Numbered from the stretch's first letter, positions 48,214-60,620 are shown. The stretch is 64,000 nucleotides of DNA from a bacterium (GCA_965203325.1 OZ241875.1:1248001-1312000), one strand, 5' to 3'. A program made the numbers and translations. The notes: a model not told the origin generated them from the letters alone.

Positions 48214-48865
48214 TATATGAACACCTACCCGGTGACAAGGACCGATTCAATGCGTCTGACGATCAGGTTGCAGTTTTATATTCGGCCTGTCGTTGCAGGA
48301 CACCATGTCTGCCGACCCTGATGGAATCAGCCGACCCGCGCCCCATTTTCTGTCAAGGCTTTTCGCCTTCGTTGCCATACAGACTTTGCGGGCCGCGGTC
48401 TGACCTGTTCGCCATCACACTTCATCCTGCCTTGCGCAATCCTTCGGCGTGCCAACTCCGTTCATCGTTTCGTGTTATCTTTCGCCACCCGGACTTACGC
48501 AGGATGGCCGACAAAGTTTCGTTGGTACTCTCGGTCATGGGCCAGCAGGGCCCGGATCGTGCGCGCCACCTTGTACGCCAGAGCGACGACGACCACGTTC
48601 GGGGGCCGTCGCCCGGCCAGGCGCAATACCCATTCGCGCGGCGCCTTGCCGTGAACGATTGCGGCGCGTGCTCCGTGTATCAACATGGTGCGCAAATACC
48701 TGTCGCCCCGCTTGGAGATTCCAAGCACGCGCACCCTGCCACCGGTCCCGACGTGGCGGGTCGTCAGACCCAGCCAGGCGGCGAACTCCCGACTGGACCT
48801 GAATGCGGCGGGATCGCCCATCGCAGCCACCGAAGCGGTCGCGCCCAGTGCTGCGAGCCGCGGCT
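48214..48865 (-). mobile_element. IS110/IS1111-group relic: transposase C-terminal fragment, downstream non-coding region and right end
   Basis: F.SSREFAAWLGL...GISKRGDRYLRT.LIHGARA (48495-48865). End motif ATATGAACACCTACCC (48215-48230) resembles the IS1111 subterminal IR. Confidence 0.75.
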
Positions 48866-48940
48866 TAAGGTTTTCAGTGGTGGTTCGCAGGATAGGGTTG
48901 CCATTCAGTATATTCATGAAATTTATTTTCCGTTTAACTG

Positions 48941-49058
48941 ATTGTAATACAAAAGGTTACCATATAAACTTGAGCATCGCGCACTCAGATTCAGCGGCAA
49001 AAAAAATTTCCGGCTCCCCCGCATTTGCGCGCAATTGCCCGCATTTGCGAGCGGCCGC
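48941..49058 (+). repeat. Dispersed AT-rich repeat copy 2 (downstream of gpsA)
   Basis: Direct match to 16260-16378. Confidence 0.85.
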
Positions 49059-50078
49059 CTAGGGGAGTTCGGCTCGGAGCGGACGCGCCATGAGGTCGCG
49101 CACGGCGTCCCTGGGACTCCTGCCCTCGAACAGCACGGCGTGCACCTCGCGGCATATGGGCATCTCCACGCCGTACTCATCCGCGAGCCCCACGGCCGCC
49201 GGCGCGGTGGATACGCCCTCAGCCACCGCCGTCATGGATTCGAGTATCTTCTGCAGGGGCTCTCCCGCCCCCAGCCGCACGCCGACCGTCCTGTTCCGGC
49301 TCAGGTCGCCCGTGCACGTGAGCACCAGATCGCCCATGCCCGCCAGACCCGCGAAGGTCTCCGCCCGGCCGCCCATCGCGGCGCCCAGGCGGGCGATTTC
49401 GGCCAGCCCGCGCACGATGAGCGCCGCCCGCGCGTTGAGGCCGAGTTCCATGCCGTCCGCGACCCCCGCCGCCAGGGCGATGACGTTCTTGAGCGCGCCG
49501 CCGAGCTGGGCGCCGACCGGGTCTTCGCCCGTGTATATCCTGAAACTAGGCGCCGAGAGGGTTTCTTGAATCGCTTTCGCGGCGCCGGAATCGCCCGACG
49601 CCGCCGTGACGGCCGTGGGTTTTCTCTCCGCGAGTTCGCGGGCGAACGTCGGCCCCGAGAGACAGGCAAGGGCGCGTCCGGCGCCGCCCGCCTCGGCGAC
49701 GCACCCGGAGATAACCTGGGTCGGCAGGAGCAGCGTTTTCTCTTCCACGCCCTTCGTGGCGCTCGCGACGAGCGTTTCCTCGTGAACCGAAGGCGCGAGC
49801 TTCGTCCATACCGCCCGGACGACGTGGCTCGGCATCACGCTCACGAGGACGTCCTGGCCCGCCGAGGCGGCTTCGGCCAGATCGGGCGTGAAGCGCAGAT
49901 TCTCATGCAGGGCGACGCCGGGCAGGTACAAGTCGTTTTCACGGTGGGCGGCCATGCGGGCGCAAAGGTCGGCCTCGAACACCCAGAGCATCACCTCGTG
50001 GCCGGTTTCAGAGAACAAATCCGCCAGCGCCGTCCCCCAGGCGCCGGCGCCGATCACGGCGATTCGCTGCGGCGTCAT
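49059..50078 (-). CDS. gpsA: NAD(P)H-dependent glycerol-3-phosphate dehydrogenase
   Basis: IGAGAWGTALA, EN..YLPG, TKG.E, LSGPTFA, GGALKNVIA, GLAG.GDL..TC....SRN. Confidence 0.95.
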   Translation of the reverse strand: MTPQRIAVIGAGAWGTALADLFSETGHEVMLWVFEADLCARMAAHRENDLYLPGVALHENLRFTPDLAEAASAGQDVLVSVMPSHVVRAVWTKLAPSVHEETLVASATKGVEEKTLLLPTQVISGCVAEAGGAGRALACLSGPTFARELAERKPTAVTAASGDSGAAKAIQETLSAPSFRIYTGEDPVGAQLGGALKNVIALAAGVADGMELGLNARAALIVRGLAEIARLGAAMGGRAETFAGLAGMGDLVLTCTGDLSRNRTVGVRLGAGEPLQKILESMTAVAEGVSTAPAAVGLADEYGVEMPICREVHAVLFEGRSPRDAVRDLMARPLRAELP

Positions 50079-50082
50079 CACG

Positions 50083-50646
50083 TCATCCCGAGCGACGCGT
50101 CTTTCTCTTCGCCCCGGATTTCGCGGCCACTCTTTTCTCGGCCAACGTCTGTTTCCTGGCGGCATCGCCCTTGGCGACGGCTTTCTTGCCAGCGGCGCTT
50201 CTGGCTTCCCACTTCAGCTTGTGCTTGAGGTGCTTCTCTTCCTCCCAGACATGCTGCGTGCCGTCGCCCATGAAGACGACGAAAACCTCGCAGCCATCGG
50301 GATATTCATACGGGCCGTGCGGCAAATCCCAACCGAAAACGTAATCGCCCGGCCTTAAATCCTTGCCCGCCACGCACATCCTGCCCCGGGTCACCAAAAT
50401 GGAATGCCAGCTCTTGTGCGTATGGCGAGGCTCCACATAGCCTTTCGGGAACTTCACCTTCATGTCGATGCGCTTCATCACCGGGTCATGCGCGAAAATC
50501 TTCACCTTCACTCCCGGCGGCAGGGTCAGCAGTTCGTTGCTCACGTCTTCTTGCCACTCTACGTCCTTGTTATAGATGGCGCGGAAGCGGTGGTCAAAAT
50601 CCTGTTTGGCGGGCTTCTTTTTGGTTGCTTGTTTCCTGGGGGGCAT
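50083..50646 (-). CDS. Cupin/ChrR-like protein
   Basis: PKGYVEPRHTH...PGDYVF...PHGP. Confidence 0.7.
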   Translation of the reverse strand: MPPRKQATKKKPAKQDFDHRFRAIYNKDVEWQEDVSNELLTLPPGVKVKIFAHDPVMKRIDMKVKFPKGYVEPRHTHKSWHSILVTRGRMCVAGKDLRPGDYVFGWDLPHGPYEYPDGCEVFVVFMGDGTQHVWEEEKHLKHKLKWEARSAAGKKAVAKGDAARKQTLAEKRVAAKSGAKRKTRRSG

Positions 50647-50690
50647 GTCTTCTCCTCATGAAAATGATCGATAACCCAACGATGGCGGAT

Positions 50691-51362
50691 TTATTCGTTC
50701 AGGGCGAAAATTCGAGAGGCGATATCACGACCCAGCGTATGCCGGCTACCGTTGACCAACAGCGTTACCGTGCCGGCGAGAGGCGATTGCTCGATGACTT
50801 CTATCGGCATTTCGGGGAAAAACCCCAGCTCTCCCAGGTAGCGCAATATGTTCGGGTCGTCCTGCAATACGCGGGTAATCTTCGTGGCCCGCCCCGCCTC
50901 GAGCGAGAGGAGCCCGATTTCCTTGGTATCGACCATGGTGCCGTCTTTGGCGGGAATCGGGTCCCCGTGGGGATCCAGCGTGGGATAGCCGAGCTCCTTG
51001 TCCAAAACGGCTTCCAGCTCTTCGCTCAAGACGTGCTCCAATTCTTCCGCCTCGACATCCACCTTGTCCCACTCGATTCCCATCTTCTGGTTGAGATACA
51101 GTTCGAGCAACCGGTGATGCCGAATAATCTCCAAGGCGACCTTCTCGCCCTTGGCGCTCAAGACGACCCCCTTATACGGCGTATACGTGAGCAAGCCCTG
51201 GTGATCGAGTTTCTTGACCATGCTCGTCACCGACGCCGCCGATATTTCCATGCAATCGGCTATCGCGCTCGTGGTGACCGGAGATGCTTCTTGTTGAAGC
51301 TTGAAGATGTTCTTCAAATAATCTTCGATTTGCTTGCTCAAACGCGGCGATGATTCGGGCAA
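50691..51362 (-). CDS. Metal-dependent transcriptional regulator, DtxR/MntR family with FeoA domain
   Basis: EDYLK.I, SVT.M.KKL, RHHRLLELYL, AEELEH, DPHGDPIP. Confidence 0.93.
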   Translation of the reverse strand: MPESSPRLSKQIEDYLKNIFKLQQEASPVTTSAIADCMEISAASVTSMVKKLDHQGLLTYTPYKGVVLSAKGEKVALEIIRHHRLLELYLNQKMGIEWDKVDVEAEELEHVLSEELEAVLDKELGYPTLDPHGDPIPAKDGTMVDTKEIGLLSLEAGRATKITRVLQDDPNILRYLGELGFFPEMPIEVIEQSPLAGTVTLLVNGSRHTLGRDIASRIFALNE

Positions 51363-51471
51363 GGGGGAATCCTCTGATTAGCGGTGAATCGCCAAAAAAT
51401 CATCCTAAAATCAGCACCGGCGGGTGTCAACCGAATATATCGCCCCCAAAGGCGGGAGCGACGCTCCCGGC

Positions 51472-53157
51472 TTACTCATACACGAACGTGGCGGTGATCG
51501 CCTTGCGTTCGAGGCCTTCGGGAAACGGCTCGAACGGCGCCGCCTTGGCGACGGCGGCCATCGCCAAATCATCGAGAATCCGAACGCCCGCGGACCTGAT
51601 GAGACGCACATCCTCCAAAGTGCCGTTTTTCCGCAGCTTAAAGCGCAACAACAGCTCGCCCCTGTTTTTTTGCGCCTCCGCCGGCCATATCCAGGCGTTT
51701 TGGATCCTTCTCTTGATGTGAGCGAAATAAGAAGCGTATCGGAAATCACGGGTGTCAAGCGAAATGGTTTCGCCCTCTTCTCTTTCCAGCTCTTTATCCG
51801 ATGAGCTTTTTTTTGCGATTCTGTCCGCCGCCTCATCCGAGAGATCGAACTTCGGGAGCTCGGGCTTGCCTTTGGGCTGGGGCTTGACTCGAAACAACGC
51901 CAAAGGGTCTTTGGGTTGAGGCCGCTTGGGGGCTGGAGGCCGCGGTCGGACAGGTCGAGAAACCGGTTTCAACGCGGCCAGTTCAACCTTCTCCTTCGTC
52001 TGTTTCTTCGCCTCGACTTTCTTGTTCTCCTTTCGAGGCTTTTTCCGGACCACCTTTTTTTCCGCTTTCTTCCTGATCACCGGTTTGGGTTCGGGCTTCT
52101 TCTTGGGAAGCGCTTTGGCTTCTATTTTTTTCTTATCCGGCGTTTCATCTGCCGTTAGCTTTGGTTTTATCTTTTCTCCGAGAACAGGAGTTGAGACTTT
52201 TTGTGAAGGCTCAGGCGCCGGCGCAAGGCTCGCCGTCTCTGTCGGCTTTGGCGTTTCTGCTATCTCCAAAGTTTCAGGAGCTTTCCTTTCCTGTGGTTTT
52301 TCCACCTTCTTCGGTTCAGGTTTCGGCGTTACGACCGCCGGGGGCTTGGGGCTCACCGGCAGGGCGGCGGGAACTTGGGCCTTCGGTTTCGGGGCCGGGG
52401 AGGATGCGGCCATTTCCGGCTTTTTGGTATTTTCTCCCTTCGCCTCGATTTTCTGGTCCCCCTTACGAGGTTCTTTCTTGACGACCTGCTTTACCGGTTT
52501 CTGCTTGACCACCGGCTTGGGCTTGTTCTTGATCTTCGGAATCGCTTCGGCTTCTATTTTTCTCTTATCCGGCGTTTCATCTGCAGTTGGCTTTGGTTTT
52601 GCCTTTTCTTGAATCGCGGGCGGCGGGGTCTTGGGTGAAGGCTCAGGCGCCGGCGCAAGGCTCGCCATTTCCCTTGGCTTTGGCGTTTCTGCTATCTCCG
52701 AAGTTTCAGGAGCTCTCTTTTCCTGTGGTTTTTCCACCTTCTTCGGTTCAGGCTTCGGCGTTACGACCGCAGGGGGCTTGGGGCTCACCGGCAGGGCGGC
52801 GGGAGGTGGAACCTTCGGTTTTGGGGCCGGCGCCAAGGACGCTATCTCAGGGCTAACGACACCCCTGCGAGAAGGAAGCCGGTCTCTGTCTTCGCGCCTT
52901 AAGCGCGGTGTCTTGCCGGGTTTGCCGGCGCCACTTTCTTTCCGGTTGGCATTCGACAGATTTCGACTTTGGCGGTTCGGGGGAAGTTTTTCCTCGGGTT
53001 TCTCGACGGACACGACCCGAAACTTGATAGGCTGGCTTGGCTTGACGGGTTTGCTCCAAACGTATTCATGACTCGATGCCGCGAATACGATCAGGTGCAA
53101 CGATAACGATATCAGGAAAAGGGTGAAAGGAAGTTTGTTCGGTTTATCTTTCGCCAT
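51472..53157 (-). CDS. TonB family protein with very long Pro/Lys-rich spacer
   Basis: N-terminal TM with SLSLH. C-terminal Y...IK.RI...W.WP..., SAG...LDD.A..AV..AAPF.P.P. Confidence 0.85.
   Translation of the reverse strand: MAKDKPNKLPFTLFLISLSLHLIVFAASSHEYVWSKPVKPSQPIKFRVVSVEKPEEKLPPNRQSRNLSNANRKESGAGKPGKTPRLRREDRDRLPSRRGVVSPEIASLAPAPKPKVPPPAALPVSPKPPAVVTPKPEPKKVEKPQEKRAPETSEIAETPKPREMASLAPAPEPSPKTPPPAIQEKAKPKPTADETPDKRKIEAEAIPKIKNKPKPVVKQKPVKQVVKKEPRKGDQKIEAKGENTKKPEMAASSPAPKPKAQVPAALPVSPKPPAVVTPKPEPKKVEKPQERKAPETLEIAETPKPTETASLAPAPEPSQKVSTPVLGEKIKPKLTADETPDKKKIEAKALPKKKPEPKPVIRKKAEKKVVRKKPRKENKKVEAKKQTKEKVELAALKPVSRPVRPRPPAPKRPQPKDPLALFRVKPQPKGKPELPKFDLSDEAADRIAKKSSSDKELEREEGETISLDTRDFRYASYFAHIKRRIQNAWIWPAEAQKNRGELLLRFKLRKNGTLEDVRLIRSAGVRILDDLAMAAVAKAAPFEPFPEGLERKAITATFVYE
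51975..52840 (-). repeat. Intragenic duplication, 432-bp (144-aa) period, in TonB spacer
   Basis: GCTCACCGGCAGGGCGGC at 52351 and 52783. PAALPVSPKPPAVVTPKPEPKKVEKPQE occurs twice. Confidence 0.9.
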
Positions 53158-53236
53158 ACGTCCCTCTCTGCTCAATCTTCATCATCGCTTGAATACGTGA
53201 GAGAAGGCAAACCAGCGGATCAGAATAAATCTCCAC

Positions 53237-53267
53237 AAAAAAAGGGGGCCTCCGTGAGGCCCCCTTT
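53237..53267 (-). terminator. Rho-independent terminator of groESL
   Basis: AAAGGGGGCCTC-CGT-GAGGCCCCCTTT stem with a T-run on the minus strand. Confidence 0.85.
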
Positions 53268-53285
53268 GAACATCATGACGACAAC

Positions 53286-54959
<1,674 letters not shown>

Positions 54960-55262
54960 CTAGTTGATGACCGCCAGCACATCGTCTTCGCGCATGATCA
55001 GATACTCTTCGCCATCGGACTTCACCTCGGTGCCCGCATACTTGGCGAAAAGAATTTTGTCGCCCTCGCCCACTTCGGGCGCCTGCCGTTTCCCGTCATC
55101 GGTCACCTTGCCGGGGCCGACGGCGATGACTTCCCCCTCCTGGGGTTTTTCTTTCGCGGAATCGGGGATGATGATCCCGCCGATCTGTTCCTCTTCCTCA
55201 TCCAGACGCTTCACCAAAATGCGATCCTGAAGAGGCTGTATCCTGGTTTTGGTCTTTGCCAT
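54960..55262 (-). CDS. groS: Co-chaperonin GroES
   Basis: [39 protein letters not shown]. Confidence 0.99.
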   Translation of the reverse strand: MAKTKTRIQPLQDRILVKRLDEEEEQIGGIIIPDSAKEKPQEGEVIAVGPGKVTDDGKRQAPEVGEGDKILFAKYAGTEVKSDGEEYLIMREDDVLAVIN

Positions 55263-55413
55263 CACTTCCTCCTTGTCAGTAGAAAAATGCTGCTTGTTTC
55301 ATTGAAACCGTTTGTCCCCTGGAGTCGTGTGCCGGGCGAAACACCACCCGACTTTTCGGCTCCTCGTTTCTGAGCGAGTGTATATGGAAAACGAGAATGT
55401 TTGTCAAGCGCTA

Positions 55414-55440
55414 TTAGCACTCAAGGCGCTCGGCTGCTAA
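55414..55440. promoter_or_regulatory. CIRCE element (HrcA operator) upstream of groES
   Basis: TTAGCACTC-N9-GGCTGCTAA versus consensus TTAGCACTC-N9-GAGTGCTAA. Minus-strand TTGACA at 55402-55407. Confidence 0.85.
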
Positions 55441-55675
55441 CAGCACGGATTCGCCTTCCAAATCGCTGATTCTTCTTTATTTAGGGATGCGCTATCGACC
55501 GGGCGGGGAACCCGGCGCGAGAAAATGTTCTGAAATCCCCGGCGATCATCCCGCCTGCCGCATCGCCGGATGACGAACGCCGCGCCATAGGCTATCTTCT
55601 CGCCGAACCAGGGCTTTCACGCTTCTCCCCGGGACGGGGAATCTCACATCCGCAACGCAAAAGGAGTTCGACCAA

Positions 55676-56452
<777 letters not shown>

Positions 56453-56659
56453 GCGGTTCCAACTCCTCATGGCGCCACACCCCGGAGCGGCGCGCCCGAA
56501 AGAGGGATGACGTTCCCTATCGACGGTCGTTCGCGCCTGCGCCCCCGGCGCATACCCGGAGCGAGTGCGCAACTGCGGGCGCTTGCGGGCAAATGCGGGG
56601 GTCAAAGCCGATGGATGAATGAGGCTTTGCCGGCGTGATGCGGTGCGGGAGGAAATGCA

Positions 56660-56850
56660 GGCGCTTGCGCGCAAATGCGGGGTTTCCAAAAAAACTTTTT
56701 TTTGCGCCATATCTGAGTGCGGGACGCTCAGGTTTCTATGGTAACTCCTTTTATTACAATCACTTGCATAGTCAGAAATTTTCAGGAATTTATCGAAAAA
56801 CCCCGTGAATTTATCGTATTTTACAGGAAATATCATTATTTTTATTTTCA
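56660..56850 (-). repeat. Dispersed AT-rich repeat copy 3 (inverted)
   Basis: Reverse complement matches about 16170-16355, including two CGATAAATTC boxes and the CTGAG...CTCAG hairpin. Confidence 0.8.
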
Positions 56851-57060
56851 TGCCGTCCCTGAACCCATTCTCATCACGCTTCCCCGCGCCATCACCCCAT
56901 CCCATGAGAAAGCCTCCTCCGCCTGCGCCTCAGTCCGCCGGGAAAAAACCCCCTCCCCGCGTCGCGCGCACGATAGCGCAGTCTGCGGTTTTGGGAATGA
57001 CGGCAATTGCGCGCAAATGCGCCCCCGGCCCGAAAACCAACCCCCCGGATGGAGGGTTCT

Positions 57061-57239
57061 GTAGGGGTCAGACATATATGTCTGACCCCTGCGGAGTACT
57101 CATTATTGGTGTAGGGGCGGTTCGCGAACCGCCCGCATTCGTGAACGGCCCTTGCCGGAGAAACGGGCGCTTCACGAAGCGCCCCTACGGGTCGTCTCGA
57201 TACGCGGGGTTTCGTAGGGACAACCCCCTGTGGTTGTCC
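57061..57239. repeat. GTAG-type REP palindrome cluster
   Basis: GTAGGGGTCAGACATATATGTCTGACCCCT; GTAGGGGCGGTTCGCGAACCGCCC...GGGCGCTTCACGAAGCGCCCCTAC; GTAGGGACAACC...GGTTGTCC. Confidence 0.75.
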
Positions 57240-57343
57240 GAGGCCCCCGCGCCTGTCCGGGGTCCGGCGTGTCCGCTCGATTGGCTGGAAAACCAACCCC
57301 CCCTACCCCCCCTTGAGGGTTTTGCCAATCAACGAGAGAAGGG

Positions 57344-57520
57344 ATCAACTCCCCCCTTGAGGGGGAGTCGACGAGGTAAGGGCGAAGCCCGCAAGCGAGT
57401 CGGTGGGGGGAGCTTTTATTTTAGAATCGTCCCCCCACCGAGTCAGCCTTCGCAAAAAACGCTCGGCTTCCTCGTCTGGCTTTCCCCTCGGGAAGCCAGA
57501 CCCTCAAGGGGGGAGTTGAT
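57344..57520. repeat. MITE-like palindromic element copy 1
   Basis: Terminal IRs ATCAACTCCCCCCTTGAGGG / CCCTCAAGGGGGGAGTTGAT with internal GGTGGGGGG...CCCCCCACC. Confidence 0.85.
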
Positions 57521-57920
57521 CCTTTTTTGCGGGGGTTGCCTTTACCCCCTGTTAAGGGGAGGTTGGGGGTCAAACCCGACCGATGAGGGAGGGTTTGCCT
57601 TTCAAGGAGAAAGGGCCGACACCCCTCAAAGGGCTGCTTTAAGGGGTTGAAAAAACCCCTGAAGATGGGAATTGCTGCGACACGATCCCCGAGGTGCAGG
57701 CCGAGTCGGGGTGTCGGCTACGTTCATGAAACGCGAAGTGGGGGCCGCCCGTTGTTCCCCCTCCCGGCTCGAGGACTCAAACTCATAACCGGGAGCGGTA
57801 CAATTTGCTCCATCACGAGGGAAGCAACCAACGGGCAACCCCCTTTTTCGCTCTCCTCATGCCGCCCCGGCCCCGGGGCCGTGAAGCCCCGGAAGCCTGA
57901 AGGCGTCCTGCTTCAAACTT

Positions 57921-60185
57921 CTAGTCGTCAAGCCGCGCGCCGTAAGCGCCGGCCGCCATACCGTTCACGAAGTTGGCGTTGAACTCGCCGACTACCGCTG
58001 CGGGAGCATCGGTATCTCCTTCTCCTGCCGCGCCATAGAATTGACCGGTAAGGGAGCCGTTATCGCCCTGCATTCCACTTGCGGAACCATTGGTTAAAGC
58101 ATAGTCGCTACCAACTATCCCCCTGATAGTGACATTCCAATTTTGCTCTTCTCCATGCTCGAGCTCAAAATTTGAGATACTTCCCCTCATTGAGTTGAGT
58201 ACACGGTTAGTTGTTCCATCGAAATGAACATGCATATACACATCAGCGGTAAAGCGGCCAGATGTGGAATAGTCATTGGAGCCATCAGCCTTCGATACCT
58301 CATGCACGTAAACGCCTGCAGCGCCGCCCGTATACTCCGCCGCTCCTGTTATAGCATCAAGTGTTCTAGTGGGGATGGTCAGGCCACTCCCGACACCGGC
58401 AAACGTCTGCACGGCGTCATAGGAAGTAACTTTGCCGTCCTTGGTGGTGGTGTCCAGCCAGAAGCCGTAGTACAGGTAATTGTCATCCGCAACGTCGACT
58501 GTAGCGCCTGCGTCAGGAGTGAACGTCCATGTTCCCGCCATTTCGGTTGCTTTGCCTTCATCATCAACTGTTACACTACAACCAGTTGAGGCACACAGAT
58601 ATGTTCCCATGGCGCCATCGAAGCGGCCTCTGTGCATACCCTCATTGACAGCTGGAGTTGTAGAATCGTCCTGATCGAATTCTTTTGTTGATTCGGCGCC
58701 TTCGTCAGGTGTCGTTACACCTAGGTCTATATGCGCCAAGTGATTTGGATCACCACTGGTAATTACGGTGAGTGATCTGAAATTATTGTCTCCAGTTCTA
58801 TCCGGGTCATCGTTTGCATTAAAAGGATAGACCTTGGTGAACGCAGTCGGGGTACCAGCATCTAGTCCATCCGTGTGCAGGACGATAATCTCCCGGCTGG
58901 TTCCACTATTATCCCTGGTAAGCATTTGACCATTGCCAAACCTCTCCGCCGTGGAAAACTTCGGGTCGCCTTTGAGAAGGTTCCTCCCGTCACGAACATC
59001 AACATTGGCTTCGCCGTCCTTATAGCTTACCGACAGTTTATATTTGGTAGCTGCATCTGGAGCTGAAGTAGCGTCATCGGCGACTTCAGCCTCAGTTCCA
59101 TCGAAAGGACGTTCTTGACCAGTAGTGGTATCTGCTTCTGCTGTGATAGCGGCCTTCTTGGTATTCGCAATCTTTGTGATCGCATCGCGGGTCTTCTTCG
59201 CAGCCGCAAGGCGCGCTGCTTCTGCATCCGCGTCCGCCTTCGCCTGATTCACCATGCCGGCATACCTCTCAGCGTTAGCGCTGGCGGTTTCCACATCCGC
59301 CTGAGCAGCTTCTGCTGCTTCTGAAGTGGTAGCAGCCTGGGCAGCCCTGTTCGCCTCTGCCGCAACACCCAGAGCCCGTTGAGCGGCATCGTAGGAATCA
59401 GGGTCGGAATCACGATTCGCCTTCGCGGCATCAACCGCGGCTTTCGCGTCCGTGTACGCCTGCATGGCGGCCTGCTTCGCGTCCGCGAGCGCGGTCGCTT
59501 CCGTGTGCGCGGCCGTCACCATGTCTGCGTATTGCATGGCATTGTCCCGCGCGGCCTCTGCATCGGCTTGCGCGGCTTCCGCGGCCTCAGACGTTTCCGC
59601 GGCCTGGGCCGCTTCGTTCGCCGCCGTCGCGGCGGCCAGTGCGGCCACGGCCCTATCGTATGAAGCGGAGTCGGCGTCACCCTGGCCGGCGATAGCATCG
59701 AGCGCGGCCTGCGCGGCATCAAGCGCGGCCTGCGCGGCCTCCTTGGCAGCATTGAGCGCCATCAATTCCATTCTGGCCGCTTCGATCGCATTGTGCGCGG
59801 TCGTCACCATGCCGGCGTATTTCTGCACGTCGGCACTCGCGGCTTCCGCATCGGCCTGCGCTGCCTCCGCGGCCGCCGGAGTCGTGGCGGCATTCGCGGC
59901 CTCCAGGGCGGCCTGTGCGTTATCGTTCGCGATTGACGCCCTGATGTATGAATCGAGATCGGCGGACTTGTTCGCTTCCACGGCCGCCAAGGCCGCAGCA
60001 GCCACTCCGGCGGCTGTCATGGCCGCCGTCTGCGCGGCCGCTATTCTCTCTTCGTCGGTCGGTCCGGTCATCGGCGGTTCTTCCGCAGTCCCGCCCCCGC
60101 CGCCGCAGCCGGCCAGCGTCAGCGCGAACACCGCCGCCAGCGCGAAAGCGTAAAGCTTGTTTATCGGTTTCTCTTTGAACGTCAT
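57921..60185 (-). CDS. Surface lipoprotein: three Ala-rich helical repeats plus TbpB/fHbp-like C-terminal barrel
   Basis: Lipobox LAGC-GGGGG. Three ...D.DSY..A...AAT/E.EAAEAAQAD.E.A...YA.MV repeats. YGFWL, A.Y.G.AAG.Y, GQFYG, GEFNANF..G..AGAYGA. Confidence 0.8.
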   Translation of the reverse strand: MTFKEKPINKLYAFALAAVFALTLAGCGGGGGTAEEPPMTGPTDEERIAAAQTAAMTAAGVAAAALAAVEANKSADLDSYIRASIANDNAQAALEAANAATTPAAAEAAQADAEAASADVQKYAGMVTTAHNAIEAARMELMALNAAKEAAQAALDAAQAALDAIAGQGDADSASYDRAVAALAAATAANEAAQAAETSEAAEAAQADAEAARDNAMQYADMVTAAHTEATALADAKQAAMQAYTDAKAAVDAAKANRDSDPDSYDAAQRALGVAAEANRAAQAATTSEAAEAAQADVETASANAERYAGMVNQAKADADAEAARLAAAKKTRDAITKIANTKKAAITAEADTTTGQERPFDGTEAEVADDATSAPDAATKYKLSVSYKDGEANVDVRDGRNLLKGDPKFSTAERFGNGQMLTRDNSGTSREIIVLHTDGLDAGTPTAFTKVYPFNANDDPDRTGDNNFRSLTVITSGDPNHLAHIDLGVTTPDEGAESTKEFDQDDSTTPAVNEGMHRGRFDGAMGTYLCASTGCSVTVDDEGKATEMAGTWTFTPDAGATVDVADDNYLYYGFWLDTTTKDGKVTSYDAVQTFAGVGSGLTIPTRTLDAITGAAEYTGGAAGVYVHEVSKADGSNDYSTSGRFTADVYMHVHFDGTTNRVLNSMRGSISNFELEHGEEQNWNVTIRGIVGSDYALTNGSASGMQGDNGSLTGQFYGAAGEGDTDAPAAVVGEFNANFVNGMAAGAYGARLDD

Positions 60186-60419
60186 TTAGTGAGTCCTCCT
60201 GAATACACAGTAGAAAAAGGGATTTTCCGTGAATTTCCGGCTTTCTCCGATTAACCTCCTTTCGTGAGCTTTTTTTTCGGGCCTTCACAAACTGGTGATT
60301 CGTATTTAGGGCCGCCTGGAATACGGCGGACTTGAACCCTTTCATGCTCCGGGCCGGTCGTGAGTCGTTCCGGGAGAGGCGGATTCCTTCGGTATGCGTC
60401 CCCCTTCCCCGGCCTGGGC

Positions 60420-60441
60420 GCCGGTAATTGATGTTATCGGC
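60420..60441. other. Lox-like recombination site B-left
   Basis: GCCGGTAA-TTGATG-TTATCGGC. Confidence 0.8.
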
Positions 60442-60612
60442 CCCCAGAAGCCCCGTTTTCCGCCGAAAAACCCGTTTCGGGGCGCATTCGGGCCGTATAT
60501 GAACGAAAAATAAGCGAAAAAAGGCGCAAAACGGCGCCCGAAACCCCTCCGGGGACCCCGGAATTGCGCTTGACATGGCCGTGAGAGGTGTTATATCTTC
60601 TGATAACATCAA
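60428..60612. promoter_or_regulatory. Putative 185-bp invertible promoter segment (locus B)
   Basis: 14-bp perfect IR TAATTGATGTTATC / GATAACATCAATTA. TTGACA 60570-60575 with AT-rich -10-like TTATATCTT, pointing at the recombinase. Confidence 0.78.
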
Positions 60613-60620
60613 TTATCGGA
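60599..60620. other. Lox-like recombination site B-right
   Basis: TCTGATAA-CATCAA-TTATCGGA. Spacer is the reverse complement of the B-left spacer. Confidence 0.8.

Noticed and set aside
51395..51415. DtxR/MntR operator
   Set aside because: Only a CCTAA half-site, with no convincing palindrome.
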